Origin: Myxococcales bacterium
GTDB lineage: Bacteria > Myxococcota_A > UBA9042 > JABWCM01 > BTVJ01
NCBI GenBank assembly: GCA_045863395.1
Contig: BTVJ01000104.1
Coordinates: 1-24,217, forward strand
DNA: 24,217 nucleotides
Direction: 5' to 3'
This document shows, one piece after another, positions 1 through 9,351 of the stretch (within the stretch, counting starts at the first letter, position 1; the number at the start of each line of letters is the position of its first letter). The position numbers and the translations under genes were made by a program. The notes under the pieces were generated by a model that saw only the letters and a program-made list of their open reading frames with translations, was not told the DNA's origin and searched no databases.

Positions 1-2731
1 CCGGCGCGCAGACGGTGGTGCCTGTCTGGCACAGGTCGTCGTCGGGCCCGTCGCACGGCTCGCCGAGACCCGGGAAGCCCTCGTCCACCGCGCCGTCGCA
101 GTCGTCGTCCACTCCGTTGCACAGCTCTGCCGCGCCCGCGTGGCGCGTCGGATCCTGGGGGGCACAGTCCGATCCGTCCGGGTCGCCGTCTCCGTCGTCG
201 TCGTCGTCGCACGCGTCCCCTTCCCCGTCCCCGTCCAGGTCCGCCTGCTCCGGGTCTGCTACCGTCGGGCAGACGTCCTCGCCGTCCGGGATCCCATCCC
301 CGTCCTGGTCTCCGTCGCAGGCGTCGCCCACGCCATCGCCGTTGAGGTCCTCCTGACCGGGGTTGGACACCAGCGGGCAGTTGTCCTCTCCGTCCGCGAC
401 GCCGTCCCCGTCGTCGTCCTCGTCACAGGCGTCTCCCACACCGTCCCCGTCCGCGTCCGCCTGGTTGCCGTTTTCGGTCAGTGGGCAGTTGTCCTCCCCA
501 TCGGGCGCTCCATCTCCGTCGTCGTCGTCATCGCAGGCGTCACCCAGCCCGTCCCCGTCCGTGTCGGTCTGGTCCGGGTCTGCGATCTCGGGGCACACGT
601 CCTGACCATCGGGCACCCCGTCGCCGTCGTCGTCCCCGTCCACGCAGTCAGCCTCGCTGTCGCCGTCCTGGTCCGGGAAGCCCTCGTCGGTGAGCCCGTC
701 ACAGTCGTCGTCGAGCCCGTTGCACGACTCCCCCTCCCCCGGCCCCGGCTCCCAGCACTCGACTCCCGCAACACCGCACACCACGGTCCCGCCGGTGCAC
801 TGGTCCTCGTCAGGCCCATCGCAGGTGCTACCGAGCGCGGGGAAGTCCTCGTCCGTCTGGCCGTCACAGTCGTCGTCCTGGCCGTTGCACAGCTCGGGCG
901 CGGCGGGGTGAACTCCTGGGTCGCAGGGCGCACAATCTCCGAGATCGGGCGTACCATCAGCGTCATCGTCGGATTGACAGGCGTCGCCGATCCCGTCTCC
1001 GTTGCAGTCCTCCTGGGTGGTATTCTTGACCTTCGGGCAGTTGTCCAGCGGGCAGGGCACTCCGTCTCCGTCCTTGTCCAGCAGGTCGCAGGCGTCCCCG
1101 ACGCCGTCCCCGTCGCAGTCCGCCTGCGCGGGGTCCCAGGCGACCGGGCAGAGGTCGAACGGGTCCAGCACGCCGTCTCCGTCCTTGTCGTCGTCGCAGT
1201 CGTCGCCGACGCCGTCCTGGTCCAGATCCTGCTGACCCGGGTTCGTCACGCCCTCGCAGTTGTCGACGGCGTCGATGACCCCGTCTCCGTCCGAGTCCGG
1301 GTCGCAGGCGTCTGCGATGCCGTCTCCGTCGCTGTCCGGCTCACCCTCGTCCGTCTGCCCGTCGCAGTCGTTGTCCACCCCGTCGCAGATCTCCGGCAGC
1401 CCCGGCGCGGCCTCCGAGTCTCCGTCGTCGCAGTCCAGCGTCCCGCAGCCGACCACGGTGTACTTGTCCTGGGGAGCGCACAGGCACTTCTGCTTCGCGC
1501 ACGACTCCGGGGCGCCGTCGCCGTCGTTGTCCCACGTGTAGACCGTGCACCCGACCACGGGGTCCTTCGGCGCGCAGTCCGCCGCGTCCGGGAGGCCGTC
1601 GCCGTCGTCGTCCTCGTCGCAGGCGTCCCCGGTCCCGTCGCTGTCCGTGTCCGTCTGGTCGGCGTTGGAGGCGTGGGGGCAGTTGTCCTGTCCGTCCGGG
1701 ACCCCGTCCGCGTCGTCGTCCTCGTCGACGCAGTCGGCCAGGCCGTCGCCGTCCGTGTCGTCCCACCCCTCGTCCGTGAGCCCGTCGCAGTCGTCGTCCT
1801 CGCCGTTGCACTGCTCCACCGACGGCTCCGGCGCGTCGCACACGGACCACTTCCCACCGTCGCAGGTGCGCGTCCCACCACAGGAGCCCGCCCCGTTGCT
1901 CACCGTACACGCCTCATCCAGGTCCTCGTCCGCGAGCCCGTCGCAGTCGTCGTCCTGCCCATTGCACGTCTCCGCCGCGGGCTCCTTCGCCGAGCACTCC
2001 CCCAGTCCCCCGACACCGCAGGAGCGGGTCCCCTCGCAGGCGCCGTGCTCGTTCTCCGCGGTGCAGGCCGTGGTGGCGCCCTCCTTCGTGGACAGGGCGC
2101 TGCACTCGCACTCCCCGGAGGTCGGGACGCACTGGGGGACGCCCTTCCCGTCGCCCAGGGGGTCCATGTCCTCGCAGGTGTACCCGGACGGGCAGGTCCG
2201 CCCGTCCCCGCAGGCCCCGCCGCAGAAGCTCCCGGCGCCGCCCGCCGTGATGCAGTACCCGCCGAGGCCTCCCTCCTGCGCGCAGTCCGCCCCGGTCATG
2301 CACGGGCGGCAGAGCTTCGTGTAGAGGGAGAGGCAGATGTAGGTGGCGTCGCTGCCGCTGTTCGTGACCGCCGCGCAGGACCACCCCTCCGGGCAGGTCT
2401 CGGTGCAGGGCTGGGTGCAGACGTGGCCCTCGGCCGTCGGCACACAGAAAGTGCTCTGGCAGTCCGCGGCCCCCGTGCAGGGGCAGCCCGGGGAGCCGTC
2501 CGCGGGCTCCGGGCACTCCCACTCCACCGGGGTGGCGACGTCCTCGCCGCGGGGTGCCGTGTCGACCTCGCCGGTATCGGCCCCACCCCACGAGATGTCG
2601 GCGATGACGCCGACGTCCTCCGCGCCGCCCGCGTCCGGAGTCGCGTCGGCTACCGGCGCCGTCGCGTCGTCCCCGCAGGCGAGCAGTGAGCCCAGGAGCG
2701 TGAAGAGGAGCGTCCGTCCAAACCGTCCCAT
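1..2731 (-). CDS. Large Cys/Asp-rich surface lipoprotein with thrombospondin type 3 repeats and MopE-like metal-binding motifs (3' end outside window)
   Basis: Translated by hand; absent from the ORF track because it has no stop in the window. ATG at 2731, MGRFGRTLLFTLLGSLLAC (lipobox LLAC), open for 910 codons. About 8 TSP3-type repeats (e.g. DGVPDGQDNCPHASNADQTDTDSDGTGDACD) and 6 ExC[ND]GxD[DN]DCDG motifs. Confidence 0.9.
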   Translation of the reverse strand, partial: MGRFGRTLLFTLLGSLLACGDDATAPVADATPDAGGAEDVGVIADISWGGADTGEVDTAPRGEDVATPVEWECPEPADGSPGCPCTGAADCQSTFCVPTAEGHVCTQPCTETCPEGWSCAAVTNSGSDATYICLSLYTKLCRPCMTGADCAQEGGLGGYCITAGGAGSFCGGACGDGRTCPSGYTCEDMDPLGDGKGVPQCVPTSGECECSALSTKEGATTACTAENEHGACEGTRSCGVGGLGECSAKEPAAETCNGQDDDCDGLADEDLDEACTVSNGAGSCGGTRTCDGGKWSVCDAPEPSVEQCNGEDDDCDGLTDEGWDDTDGDGLADCVDEDDDADGVPDGQDNCPHASNADQTDTDSDGTGDACDEDDDGDGLPDAADCAPKDPVVGCTVYTWDNDGDGAPESCAKQKCLCAPQDKYTVVGCGTLDCDDGDSEAAPGLPEICDGVDNDCDGQTDEGEPDSDGDGIADACDPDSDGDGVIDAVDNCEGVTNPGQQDLDQDGVGDDCDDDKDGDGVLDPFDLCPVAWDPAQADCDGDGVGDACDLLDKDGDGVPCPLDNCPKVKNTTQEDCNGDGIGDACQSDDDADGTPDLGDCAPCDPGVHPAAPELCNGQDDDCDGQTDEDFPALGSTCDGPDEDQCTGGTVVCGVAGVECWEPGPGEGESCNGLDDDCDGLTDEGFPDQDGDSEADCVDGDDDGDGVPDGQDVCPEIADPDQTDTDGDGLGDACDDDDDGDGAPDGEDNCPLTENGNQADADGDGVGDACDEDDDGDGVADGEDNCPLVSNPGQEDLNGDGVGDACDGDQDGDGIPDGEDVCPTVADPEQADLDGDGEGDACDDDDDGDGDPDGSDCAPQDPTRHAGAAELCNGVDDDCDGAVDEGFPGLGEPCDGPDDDLCQTGTTVCAP

Positions 2732-2779
2732 GGTCGATCCCCAGGCCGCGCCCCAAGTGAGGACGCGGCCATCTGCGAG

Positions 2780-4915
2780 CTACGGGTTGCGCAGTACGAT
2801 CTGGTAGTGACCGGCGGCGCCGGCCCCCCCGTGGTCGCCCGTCTGGGTGAAGTAGTAGTTGTAGCCGTTGCCGAGGGGGCAGACGCGGCCCTGGTCCGTG
2901 TAGCCCACGCCGCCCTCGTTGACGGTGGACGAGCCGCCGCCGCCGCCCCCGCGCCCGCCGTCCCAGCCGTTGACGGTGCCGCCGTTCATGCCCGGCAGCG
3001 CGCAGCCCCCGATGCCGCCCGGGCCGCCGTCCACCAGGATGTTCCCGCCGTAGGTGCTCGCGCCGCGCACCTCGAAGAGGACCGTCCCGCCGCCGCCCCC
3101 ACCGCCGCCGCCGCCCGCGCCGGAGTAGTTGAAGTTGTAGCTGGACTTCGTCGTGTCCTTGCCCGCCTGGCCGGGCCCGCCCCGCGCGTCGATGGTGCAC
3201 GCCCCCGAGAGAGCGCCGCCCACCTCCCAGACGATGGCGCCGGCCCCCGCCCCGCCCGCGCCTCCGGCCCCGGGGGAGTTGGTGCTGCCCGCTCCGCCGG
3301 CACCGCCGCCTCCGCCGCCGGAGCCTGGCGCGATGATCGCCTGCTTGTAGGCGATGGTGGTCGCCCGGTAGGACGGGCCTCCGCTGCCGTTGGTGCCCGT
3401 CGCTGCTCCTCCCTTTGCGGATCCTCCCCCCTGGCCCGGGAGCCCCGCCTGGACCACCGGGTCCACGACGCCCGCGAAGTCCTGCCCCACCGTTCCGCTG
3501 TCTCCGGGCGTCCCCACTCCCTGGGTCGCTCCCCCAATGCCTCCGGGCGAGCCCAAGCCCCGCACGTCGATGCAGGGCGTCGCGGTCGAGGACAGGGTGA
3601 CGTCTCCCTGGGACTTGATGAGCACCGCGGTGCCCCGCGGGTGGGGGTTGACGAACGACAGCGACCCCGCGCCGCTCACCGTCACCGTCGTGTGCTGCCG
3701 CACGAAGACCGGCGCGCCGCCGAGGTCGATCACCGTCGGCTGGGTGACCACCAGGGGCCCATCCGAGCCGTCTCCCCCGAACAGGGCTGCCTCCACGAAG
3801 GCCTGGGTGGCTACCGGCTCCTGGGCGCCGCCCGCCCCGGTCACCGTCAGCGCCCCGTGCACCACGAGATCTCCCGTCGCGACCACCACGCCCGGCGACA
3901 GGAGCTCCACCTCCAGGGACCACCCGTTCAGCGTGCCGTCCACGCCGGGCGGCAGGTTGTCGCGCACGCGCAGCGTCCAGGTCCCGGCCGCGCTCTTCCC
4001 GACATAGGGCTCGAAGCTGCCCGCCGCGATGGGCATCGGCGGCCAGGTCCCCTTGAGCCCCCCCGGCGTGCCCGGCGCCAGCGAGTGGATCAGGATCGGG
4101 GGCCCGAGCGGGGCGGGCGGCACCAGCTCCACCTCGAGCTGGGTCGGGGCCGGGTGGGTGATGTCCAGGGTGACCCGCACAGCCCGCGTGAGGCCCAGGT
4201 CCGGGACCGTGATCTGCGACTCCGTGTACTCGAACCAGTAGCCGGGGATGACCGCCGGCCCTCCGCTCTCCCAGGTCAGCACCAGCTCGTTGGTCAGGGT
4301 GCCGTTGGACACCTCGTCGAGCCCGTCCGGCGGCAGGCCCGCCGGGGAGACCGCCTCCCCCGCCTTGACGTACCCTGCGGCGTCGACCGCAGCGAGGGCG
4401 GCGGCTGCGAGCTCCTCGACGGCCGCGGGCGACAGAGCGCCGAAGGGGACGCAGCCGCTGCACGCGAGCCCCCCGGCAGCATCCGCCGTGGCCGCGTGCA
4501 GCGCGTAGGCGGTCGAGCCGAGCGGGCGTCGCGGCAGCTCCGGGTCCGACTCCACCGTCATGCCGAGCCACAGCGGCGCCGCAGAGAAGAGCGCAGGGTC
4601 GAGCGGCGCGTGGGTGCCGAGGAGCACGTGGAAGGTCCCGTCCTTGACGCCGAGGCAGCTCGTGGGGGCGCCCTGGCACGTCTGGCCCGCCGGGGGCCAG
4701 CTCTCCGTCCAGACGGGGGACCCGCCCACCTGCTGCCCATAGAGCGCGAACGTGACGGAGAAGACGCCTTCGGCGACCGGAAGCCCCGCGTTGTCTCTCA
4801 GCACTCCCTGCAGCGGCATCACGGGGGGCGGCGCCGCGAGCGCCGGCGCGGCGATCAGGGCGAGCAGCGTCGCGAGAGGGCGCCAGCTGGGGGCATGGAA
4901 GACGGTGTCCCGCAT
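2780..4915 (-). CDS. Secreted fibre/adhesin-like protein with proprotein convertase P-domain and glycine-rich C-terminus (711 aa)
   Basis: ATG 4915 preceded by GGAGG. Signal peptide ending ALA-A. P-domain motifs (VTLDITHP..LEVELV; AAGTWTLRVRD...GTLNGWSLEV). GDGSDG motif followed by long GxGG runs. The ORF-track start at 5101 is an over-extension. Confidence 0.8.
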   Translation of the reverse strand: MRDTVFHAPSWRPLATLLALIAAPALAAPPPVMPLQGVLRDNAGLPVAEGVFSVTFALYGQQVGGSPVWTESWPPAGQTCQGAPTSCLGVKDGTFHVLLGTHAPLDPALFSAAPLWLGMTVESDPELPRRPLGSTAYALHAATADAAGGLACSGCVPFGALSPAAVEELAAAALAAVDAAGYVKAGEAVSPAGLPPDGLDEVSNGTLTNELVLTWESGGPAVIPGYWFEYTESQITVPDLGLTRAVRVTLDITHPAPTQLEVELVPPAPLGPPILIHSLAPGTPGGLKGTWPPMPIAAGSFEPYVGKSAAGTWTLRVRDNLPPGVDGTLNGWSLEVELLSPGVVVATGDLVVHGALTVTGAGGAQEPVATQAFVEAALFGGDGSDGPLVVTQPTVIDLGGAPVFVRQHTTVTVSGAGSLSFVNPHPRGTAVLIKSQGDVTLSSTATPCIDVRGLGSPGGIGGATQGVGTPGDSGTVGQDFAGVVDPVVQAGLPGQGGGSAKGGAATGTNGSGGPSYRATTIAYKQAIIAPGSGGGGGGAGGAGSTNSPGAGGAGGAGAGAIVWEVGGALSGACTIDARGGPGQAGKDTTKSSYNFNYSGAGGGGGGGGGGTVLFEVRGASTYGGNILVDGGPGGIGGCALPGMNGGTVNGWDGGRGGGGGGSSTVNEGGVGYTDQGRVCPLGNGYNYYFTQTGDHGGAGAAGHYQIVLRNP

Positions 4916-4965
4916 GGGGCCTCCGGAAGTGAGGGCGGGGTGCTCCGCTCGAGGCGGTTTGAGAG

Positions 4966-4995
4966 ACGGTAGAGCACCGCTCCCTGGGGGGTCAA
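4966..4995 (-). promoter_or_regulatory. Putative sigma70 promoter for the 4915 gene
   Basis: Minus strand TTGACC-N18-TACCGT, about 50 nt upstream of the ATG. Confidence 0.45.
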
Positions 4996-5050
4996 GGTCC
5001 TTGTTGAGGCCGCGCGGGCGAGGTTCCCGGTACGCAGCCTCCCGCCGCCG

Positions 5051-5079
5051 TTGATCGTCCACCGAGCCGCTGCTACGGT
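5051..5079 (+). promoter_or_regulatory. Putative sigma70 promoter (extended -10) for the MFS gene
   Basis: TTGATC-N17-TACGGT with TGn immediately before the -10. Confidence 0.55.
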
Positions 5080-5099
5080 GCGCCCGCGAGGTGCCGGGC

Positions 5100-6266
5100 A
5101 TGCGGGAGGCGACGCGGGTTTCGGCCCTCTACTTCTTCTTCTTCACGTTCCTGGGGATCTACGCCCCGTTCGCGAGCCCCTACTACGCCTCGCTTGGCCT
5201 CTCGGGGCCCGAGATGGGCATCATCGGCGCCGTCCTGCCCATCGCGGCGGCCTTCATTCCCCCGCTCTGGGGCGCCATCGCCGACCGGCTGGGGCAGACC
5301 ACCCGCCCGCTTCAGGTGGCTCTCTGGGGCGCCTGCGTGATGCTCCTCCCGTTCCCCTTCGCCCGGACCTTCGCGCCGCTCTTCGCCGTGCTCGTCGGCT
5401 ACGGCCTCTTCAGGAACGGCATCGTCCCGCTGCTCGACAGCCTCACCCTGACGCTCACGGAGCGCATCGGCGGGGAGTATGGCCGCATCCGGTCGTGGGG
5501 CAGCATCGGCTTCCTCGTCGCCAGCGTCGCCGTCGCGTTCGCCGCCGACGCCGGGTGGCAGGGCGCCGTCGTCTGGGGGATGGTCGGGACCCAGCTCGTC
5601 GCGGCGCTGGCGTCGGTGGGGCTCCCGCGCGCTCCACGCGATCGGGCGTCGAACCTGATCGCGGACCTGCGGGAGCTCCTGACCCGCCCCCTCTTCATCC
5701 GCCTGCTCGTCGTGTCGGCGCTGGTGCAGGTCGGCTCCTTCGGCCCCCTGTTCTTCTACCCCACCCACATGCGCGAGCTGGGGCTGTCCAACGTGCTGCT
5801 CGGCGCCTTCTGGTGGACGGGCGTGCTCGCCGAGGTGGTGCTCTTCCGGGTCGCGCCGCGGGTCATCGCTCGCATCGGGCTCGGCGCTCTGTTCGTCCTC
5901 TCTCCGCTCACGACGGCCACCCGGTGGGCCGTCCCGCTCGTGACCGACCTTCCATGGGTCGTCATCGCCGCCCAGTCACTGCACGCCCTCAGCTTTGGCG
6001 GGCTGTACTACGCCGCCGTGACCTGGCTCGCCCAGGCGGTCCCTCTGCGGCTGCGTGCGAGCGGGCAGTCCCTCTATGCGGCGGTCGCCTTCGGCATCGG
6101 CGGAGGCTTCTCGACCCTGGTCAGCGGGTGGATCGTCGAGTCCTGGCACATCGAGGGTGTGCTCTGGCTGGGCGTCGCAGCCTCTCTCGCGGCGCTGGCG
6201 CTCTGCCGCCCCGTGGTGGCCGTCATGCAGCGGAGTGGCGTCGAAGTGGCGGGCCATCGCTCGTAG
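5100..6266 (+). CDS. MFS transporter (MFS_1_like / HcaT-like)
   Basis: Hydrophobic multi-TM protein. LYFFFF..LGIYAPF N-terminus, PPLWGAIADRLG (motif A), YGRIRSWGSIGF, QSLHALSFG. GAGG upstream of ATG 5100. Confidence 0.9.
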   Translation: MREATRVSALYFFFFTFLGIYAPFASPYYASLGLSGPEMGIIGAVLPIAAAFIPPLWGAIADRLGQTTRPLQVALWGACVMLLPFPFARTFAPLFAVLVGYGLFRNGIVPLLDSLTLTLTERIGGEYGRIRSWGSIGFLVASVAVAFAADAGWQGAVVWGMVGTQLVAALASVGLPRAPRDRASNLIADLRELLTRPLFIRLLVVSALVQVGSFGPLFFYPTHMRELGLSNVLLGAFWWTGVLAEVVLFRVAPRVIARIGLGALFVLSPLTTATRWAVPLVTDLPWVVIAAQSLHALSFGGLYYAAVTWLAQAVPLRLRASGQSLYAAVAFGIGGGFSTLVSGWIVESWHIEGVLWLGVAASLAALALCRPVVAVMQRSGVEVAGHRS

Positions 6267-6291
6267 CACAAAAGTGTGCGACACTCCGCTC

Positions 6292-7920
6292 GTGGCAGCG
6301 AACAGACAGAGTCGCGTGCGCAGCGTGCTCGTCCGGCATGGGGCCCGCGTCGTCGGCGTGGTCGTGGCGCTGTTCGTCGTGGGGGTGCTGTTCCTGAGCG
6401 CCCACGTCGCGGCCCTGCGCCGCTCGCTGGAGGCCCACGTGGGTGGCCTGCGCGCCGCCCAGGCGGTGCAGCGGGCGCTGGTCTCCGGCGGCCCCACCGA
6501 GGAGCGGTCTCGCGCCCTGTCGGAGCTTCGGTTCGCCCTGGCACAGATCCCGGACCGCGCCCCCACAGTGAATACGGCTGCGGCGAGGCTGGGGGTCATC
6601 ACGACGCCGGGCACCTCCAGCGCGGAGCAAGCGGATGCGCTCGATGGTCTCGTCTCTGCCTTGCGCGAGGCGTCGAGCGCCATCTCCCACCGGCTGGGCG
6701 CCACCTGGACCTGGTTGGCCGCCTACGCGGTGGCGGCGATCCTGCTGGCGGGGCTCGCGTGGTGGCTCTCGCGGCAGATCCAGCGAGCGCGGCTGCGCGC
6801 CGAGGAGCTCTACGCGTCGCTCCAGGCGGAGACCGCCAGCAGGCTGGCCGCACAAGAGCAGCGCCAGGCCTACGAGCGCCTCCTCGACCAGGTCATCGAG
6901 CACGCGCCCGTGGCCATCGCCATCCACGGCGACGACGGGCGGCTCTTGCGCCGCAACCCGGAGCACGAGCGGCTGTTCGGCGGCGCCCGCGGGCCCATCG
7001 AGGCGCTCGACCGGGCCCGCCGGGGAGTGGCGACGGCGGGCGAGGAGCACGTCGTCCAACGGCCCGGGGTCCCCGCGCTCGTCGTAGAGCTGGCGGCTGC
7101 GCCCGTCCCCGGGGCCGGCGGCGTCGAGTCGGTCGTGCTCTTCGCCCGGGACGTGACTGAGGTGCGCAGGCGCCAGCAGCAGGCGTGGGCCGAAGATCGC
7201 GCCACCATGGTCGCCACCATGGCGCGGGGAATGGGCCACGAGCTGCGCAACCCGCTGACCTTCGTGCTCGGCAACATCGACTGGCTCCTCGACGAGGTCA
7301 CCCACGCCGAGGGCCTGTCGGAGGAGACCCGCCGCACCTGGGAGCAGGCGCTCGTCGACATGGCAGACGGCGCGGCGCGGCTCCGGGGCGCTGCCTCGGA
7401 TCTCGGCGCTCTCGGCGGTCACGGGGCCACGGGGAGGTGCGATCCGCGCGAGGCCGTGCGCCTCGCTGCCCGCCTCGTTCCAGAGCTGGGCGAGGTCGCC
7501 CGCGTGGCCGTGGAGCCCGGCCGGGCCCCCCTGGTGCGGGGGAGCCTGGCGCACGTCGCCTTGGTGATCTCCGATGTGCTGCGCCGAGTGGCCGCGCTGC
7601 TCGGCGCCTCCGGCGGCGACTGGCTGGTGCGGGTCGGGTGTGAGCCCGACGGGGACGGGGCGCGCGTGCAGGTCACGGCGGAGGCGGACGCGGCCCGAGA
7701 GGAGCTGTCCGGCCCGTCTCTCTCCCCCGATGCGGCGGAGCGCGCCTTCGGGGCGACACCGAGCGCCACGGTGGCTCCCGTGAGCGGCCTGCTCTCCCAT
7801 CTGGGCGCGACCCTCGAGGCCGTCGTCGTCCGGGGTGCACTGAGCGTCCACATCGGGCTCGGGGCGCCGGACGCGGAGGCGCCTGCCGGAGACCCGGCAC
7901 CCAGCGGATCGCGCACGTAG
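6292..7920 (+). CDS. Membrane sensor with PAS-like and HisKA domains; catalytic HATPase domain degenerate
   Basis: Two hydrophobic segments. PAS-like stretch (IEHAPVAIAIHGDDGRLLRRNP...FARDVTE). H-box GMGHELRNPL (His codon 7237). No recognisable N/G1/G2 boxes. GTG 6292 start is inferred. Confidence 0.75.
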   Translation: MAANRQSRVRSVLVRHGARVVGVVVALFVVGVLFLSAHVAALRRSLEAHVGGLRAAQAVQRALVSGGPTEERSRALSELRFALAQIPDRAPTVNTAAARLGVITTPGTSSAEQADALDGLVSALREASSAISHRLGATWTWLAAYAVAAILLAGLAWWLSRQIQRARLRAEELYASLQAETASRLAAQEQRQAYERLLDQVIEHAPVAIAIHGDDGRLLRRNPEHERLFGGARGPIEALDRARRGVATAGEEHVVQRPGVPALVVELAAAPVPGAGGVESVVLFARDVTEVRRRQQQAWAEDRATMVATMARGMGHELRNPLTFVLGNIDWLLDEVTHAEGLSEETRRTWEQALVDMADGAARLRGAASDLGALGGHGATGRCDPREAVRLAARLVPELGEVARVAVEPGRAPLVRGSLAHVALVISDVLRRVAALLGASGGDWLVRVGCEPDGDGARVQVTAEADAAREELSGPSLSPDAAERAFGATPSATVAPVSGLLSHLGATLEAVVVRGALSVHIGLGAPDAEAPAGDPAPSGSRT

Positions 7921-7954
7921 ACCACCCCCGGTCACCCGATCTACCATGCCGCCC

Positions 7955-9331
7955 ATGATCGAGGCCCTCGGACGCACGCTCCACCGCCTGGCGACCCGCC
8001 TGATGCCCGACCCCTTCGTGCTGGCAGTGGGCCTGACGCTCGTGGTGCTCGCGCTGGGAGTGCTGTTCGGAGACGCCCTGGCCGTGGGTTCCCTCGCCGA
8101 CCGCTTCAGCGCGACCCTCCTCGGGTGGAGGTCCTACCTGTTCGACCCCCGCCGGCCCGACGGCTCCGTGGTCGAGGGCTACCTCTACTTCGCGTTCCAG
8201 ATGTGCCTGGTGCTGGTCACGGGCCACGCGCTCGCCACCTCGCGGCCCGTCGGGCGTGCGCTCGGCGCCCTCGCGCGGCTCCCCCGCTCCGGGGCCGCCG
8301 CCTCGGCGACGGTCGCCCTGATCGCGTGCGCCCTGGCGCTGGTCCACTGGGGGCTCGGGCTCATCGGGGGCGCGCTCGTCGCCCGCGAGGCCGGTCGCCA
8401 GCTCCTGCGCCGGGGGGTCCCAGCCCACTACCCGCTCATCGGAGCCGCCGGCTACACGGGCCTCATGGTGTGGGGCGGCGGCCTGAGCGGCTCCATCCCG
8501 CTGAAGGCCATCGACTACCGCTCTGACATCCTGGCCGACGGCGTCCCGCTCTCCTTGACCCTGTGGAGCCCGCTCAACCTGACCGTCTGCGCGATGCTCC
8601 TGGTGCTGGTGCCGGTGCTCGCGTGGGCGCTGCACCCCAAGGAGGGCTGCGTCCCCTACGCCGGCCCCCTGGACGACCGCTCTGACGAGGAGCCGGCGAG
8701 TGAGGGCCGCTCCCCCGTCGTCGTGTGGCTGGAGTGCAGCCGCGCGCCGGCGCTGGTCCTCGCGGTCCTCGGCTTCGGCGCCGTCGCCCTCGACGCCTGG
8801 CGCGGCACCTTCCGCCTCGATCTGAACTCGCTGAACGTGATCTTCCTCTTCGCCGGCATCGCGGCCCAGGGCTCCCTCCTCCGCTACGTGCGCGCAGTGT
8901 CCGACGGCGTGGCGGGTTGTGCCGGCATCGTGCTCCAGTTCCCGTTCTACTTCGGCATCCTGGGCATCCTGCTGGTGACGGGGCTCGGTGCCCAGGTGAG
9001 CCGCGCCATGGCGGCCGCCAGCTCCGAGGCCACGTACCCGCTCCTCACCTTCCTCAGCGCCGGCCTCGTCAACCTGTTCGTGCCGAGCGGCGGCGGGCAG
9101 TGGATCATCCAAGGGGACATCGTCATCGGCGGGGCCGGCCAGGACCCCGCGCTCATCGGCAGGGCGGTCATGGCGCTTGCCTACGGGGATGGGTGGACCA
9201 ACATGCTCCAGCCCTTCTGGGCGCTGCCCCTGCTCGGCATCCTGGGGTTGCGCGCCCGCGACATCATGGGCTACACGGCAGCCATCATGATAGTGAGCGG
9301 CGGCGCCATCCTGCTCGCCCTCTGGCTCTGA
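7955..9331 (+). CDS. atoE: AtoE/TIGR00366-family short-chain fatty acid transporter
   Basis: Family motifs MPDPFV, VPSGGGQW, YGDGWTNMLQPFWALPLLGI, RDIMGY. Start is 7946 or 7955. Confidence 0.85.
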   Translation: MIEALGRTLHRLATRLMPDPFVLAVGLTLVVLALGVLFGDALAVGSLADRFSATLLGWRSYLFDPRRPDGSVVEGYLYFAFQMCLVLVTGHALATSRPVGRALGALARLPRSGAAASATVALIACALALVHWGLGLIGGALVAREAGRQLLRRGVPAHYPLIGAAGYTGLMVWGGGLSGSIPLKAIDYRSDILADGVPLSLTLWSPLNLTVCAMLLVLVPVLAWALHPKEGCVPYAGPLDDRSDEEPASEGRSPVVVWLECSRAPALVLAVLGFGAVALDAWRGTFRLDLNSLNVIFLFAGIAAQGSLLRYVRAVSDGVAGCAGIVLQFPFYFGILGILLVTGLGAQVSRAMAAASSEATYPLLTFLSAGLVNLFVPSGGGQWIIQGDIVIGGAGQDPALIGRAVMALAYGDGWTNMLQPFWALPLLGILGLRARDIMGYTAAIMIVSGGAILLALWL

Positions 9332-9351
9332 CCCCCTTGGAGGAGGCCCCC

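Noticed and set aside
140..2689. 849-aa plus-strand ORF and other long alternative-frame ORFs (1914..4679-, 2807..4972+, 6223..7977-, 7673..9358-, 9633..11681-, 17781..19313-, 20068..21906-)
   Set aside because: Shadow ORFs from high GC and codon bias; each overlaps a gene with recognisable motifs.
6266..6279. GCACA-AAAG-TGTGC inverted repeat after the MFS stop
   Set aside because: Only a 5-bp stem with no U-tract; too short to call a terminator or operator.
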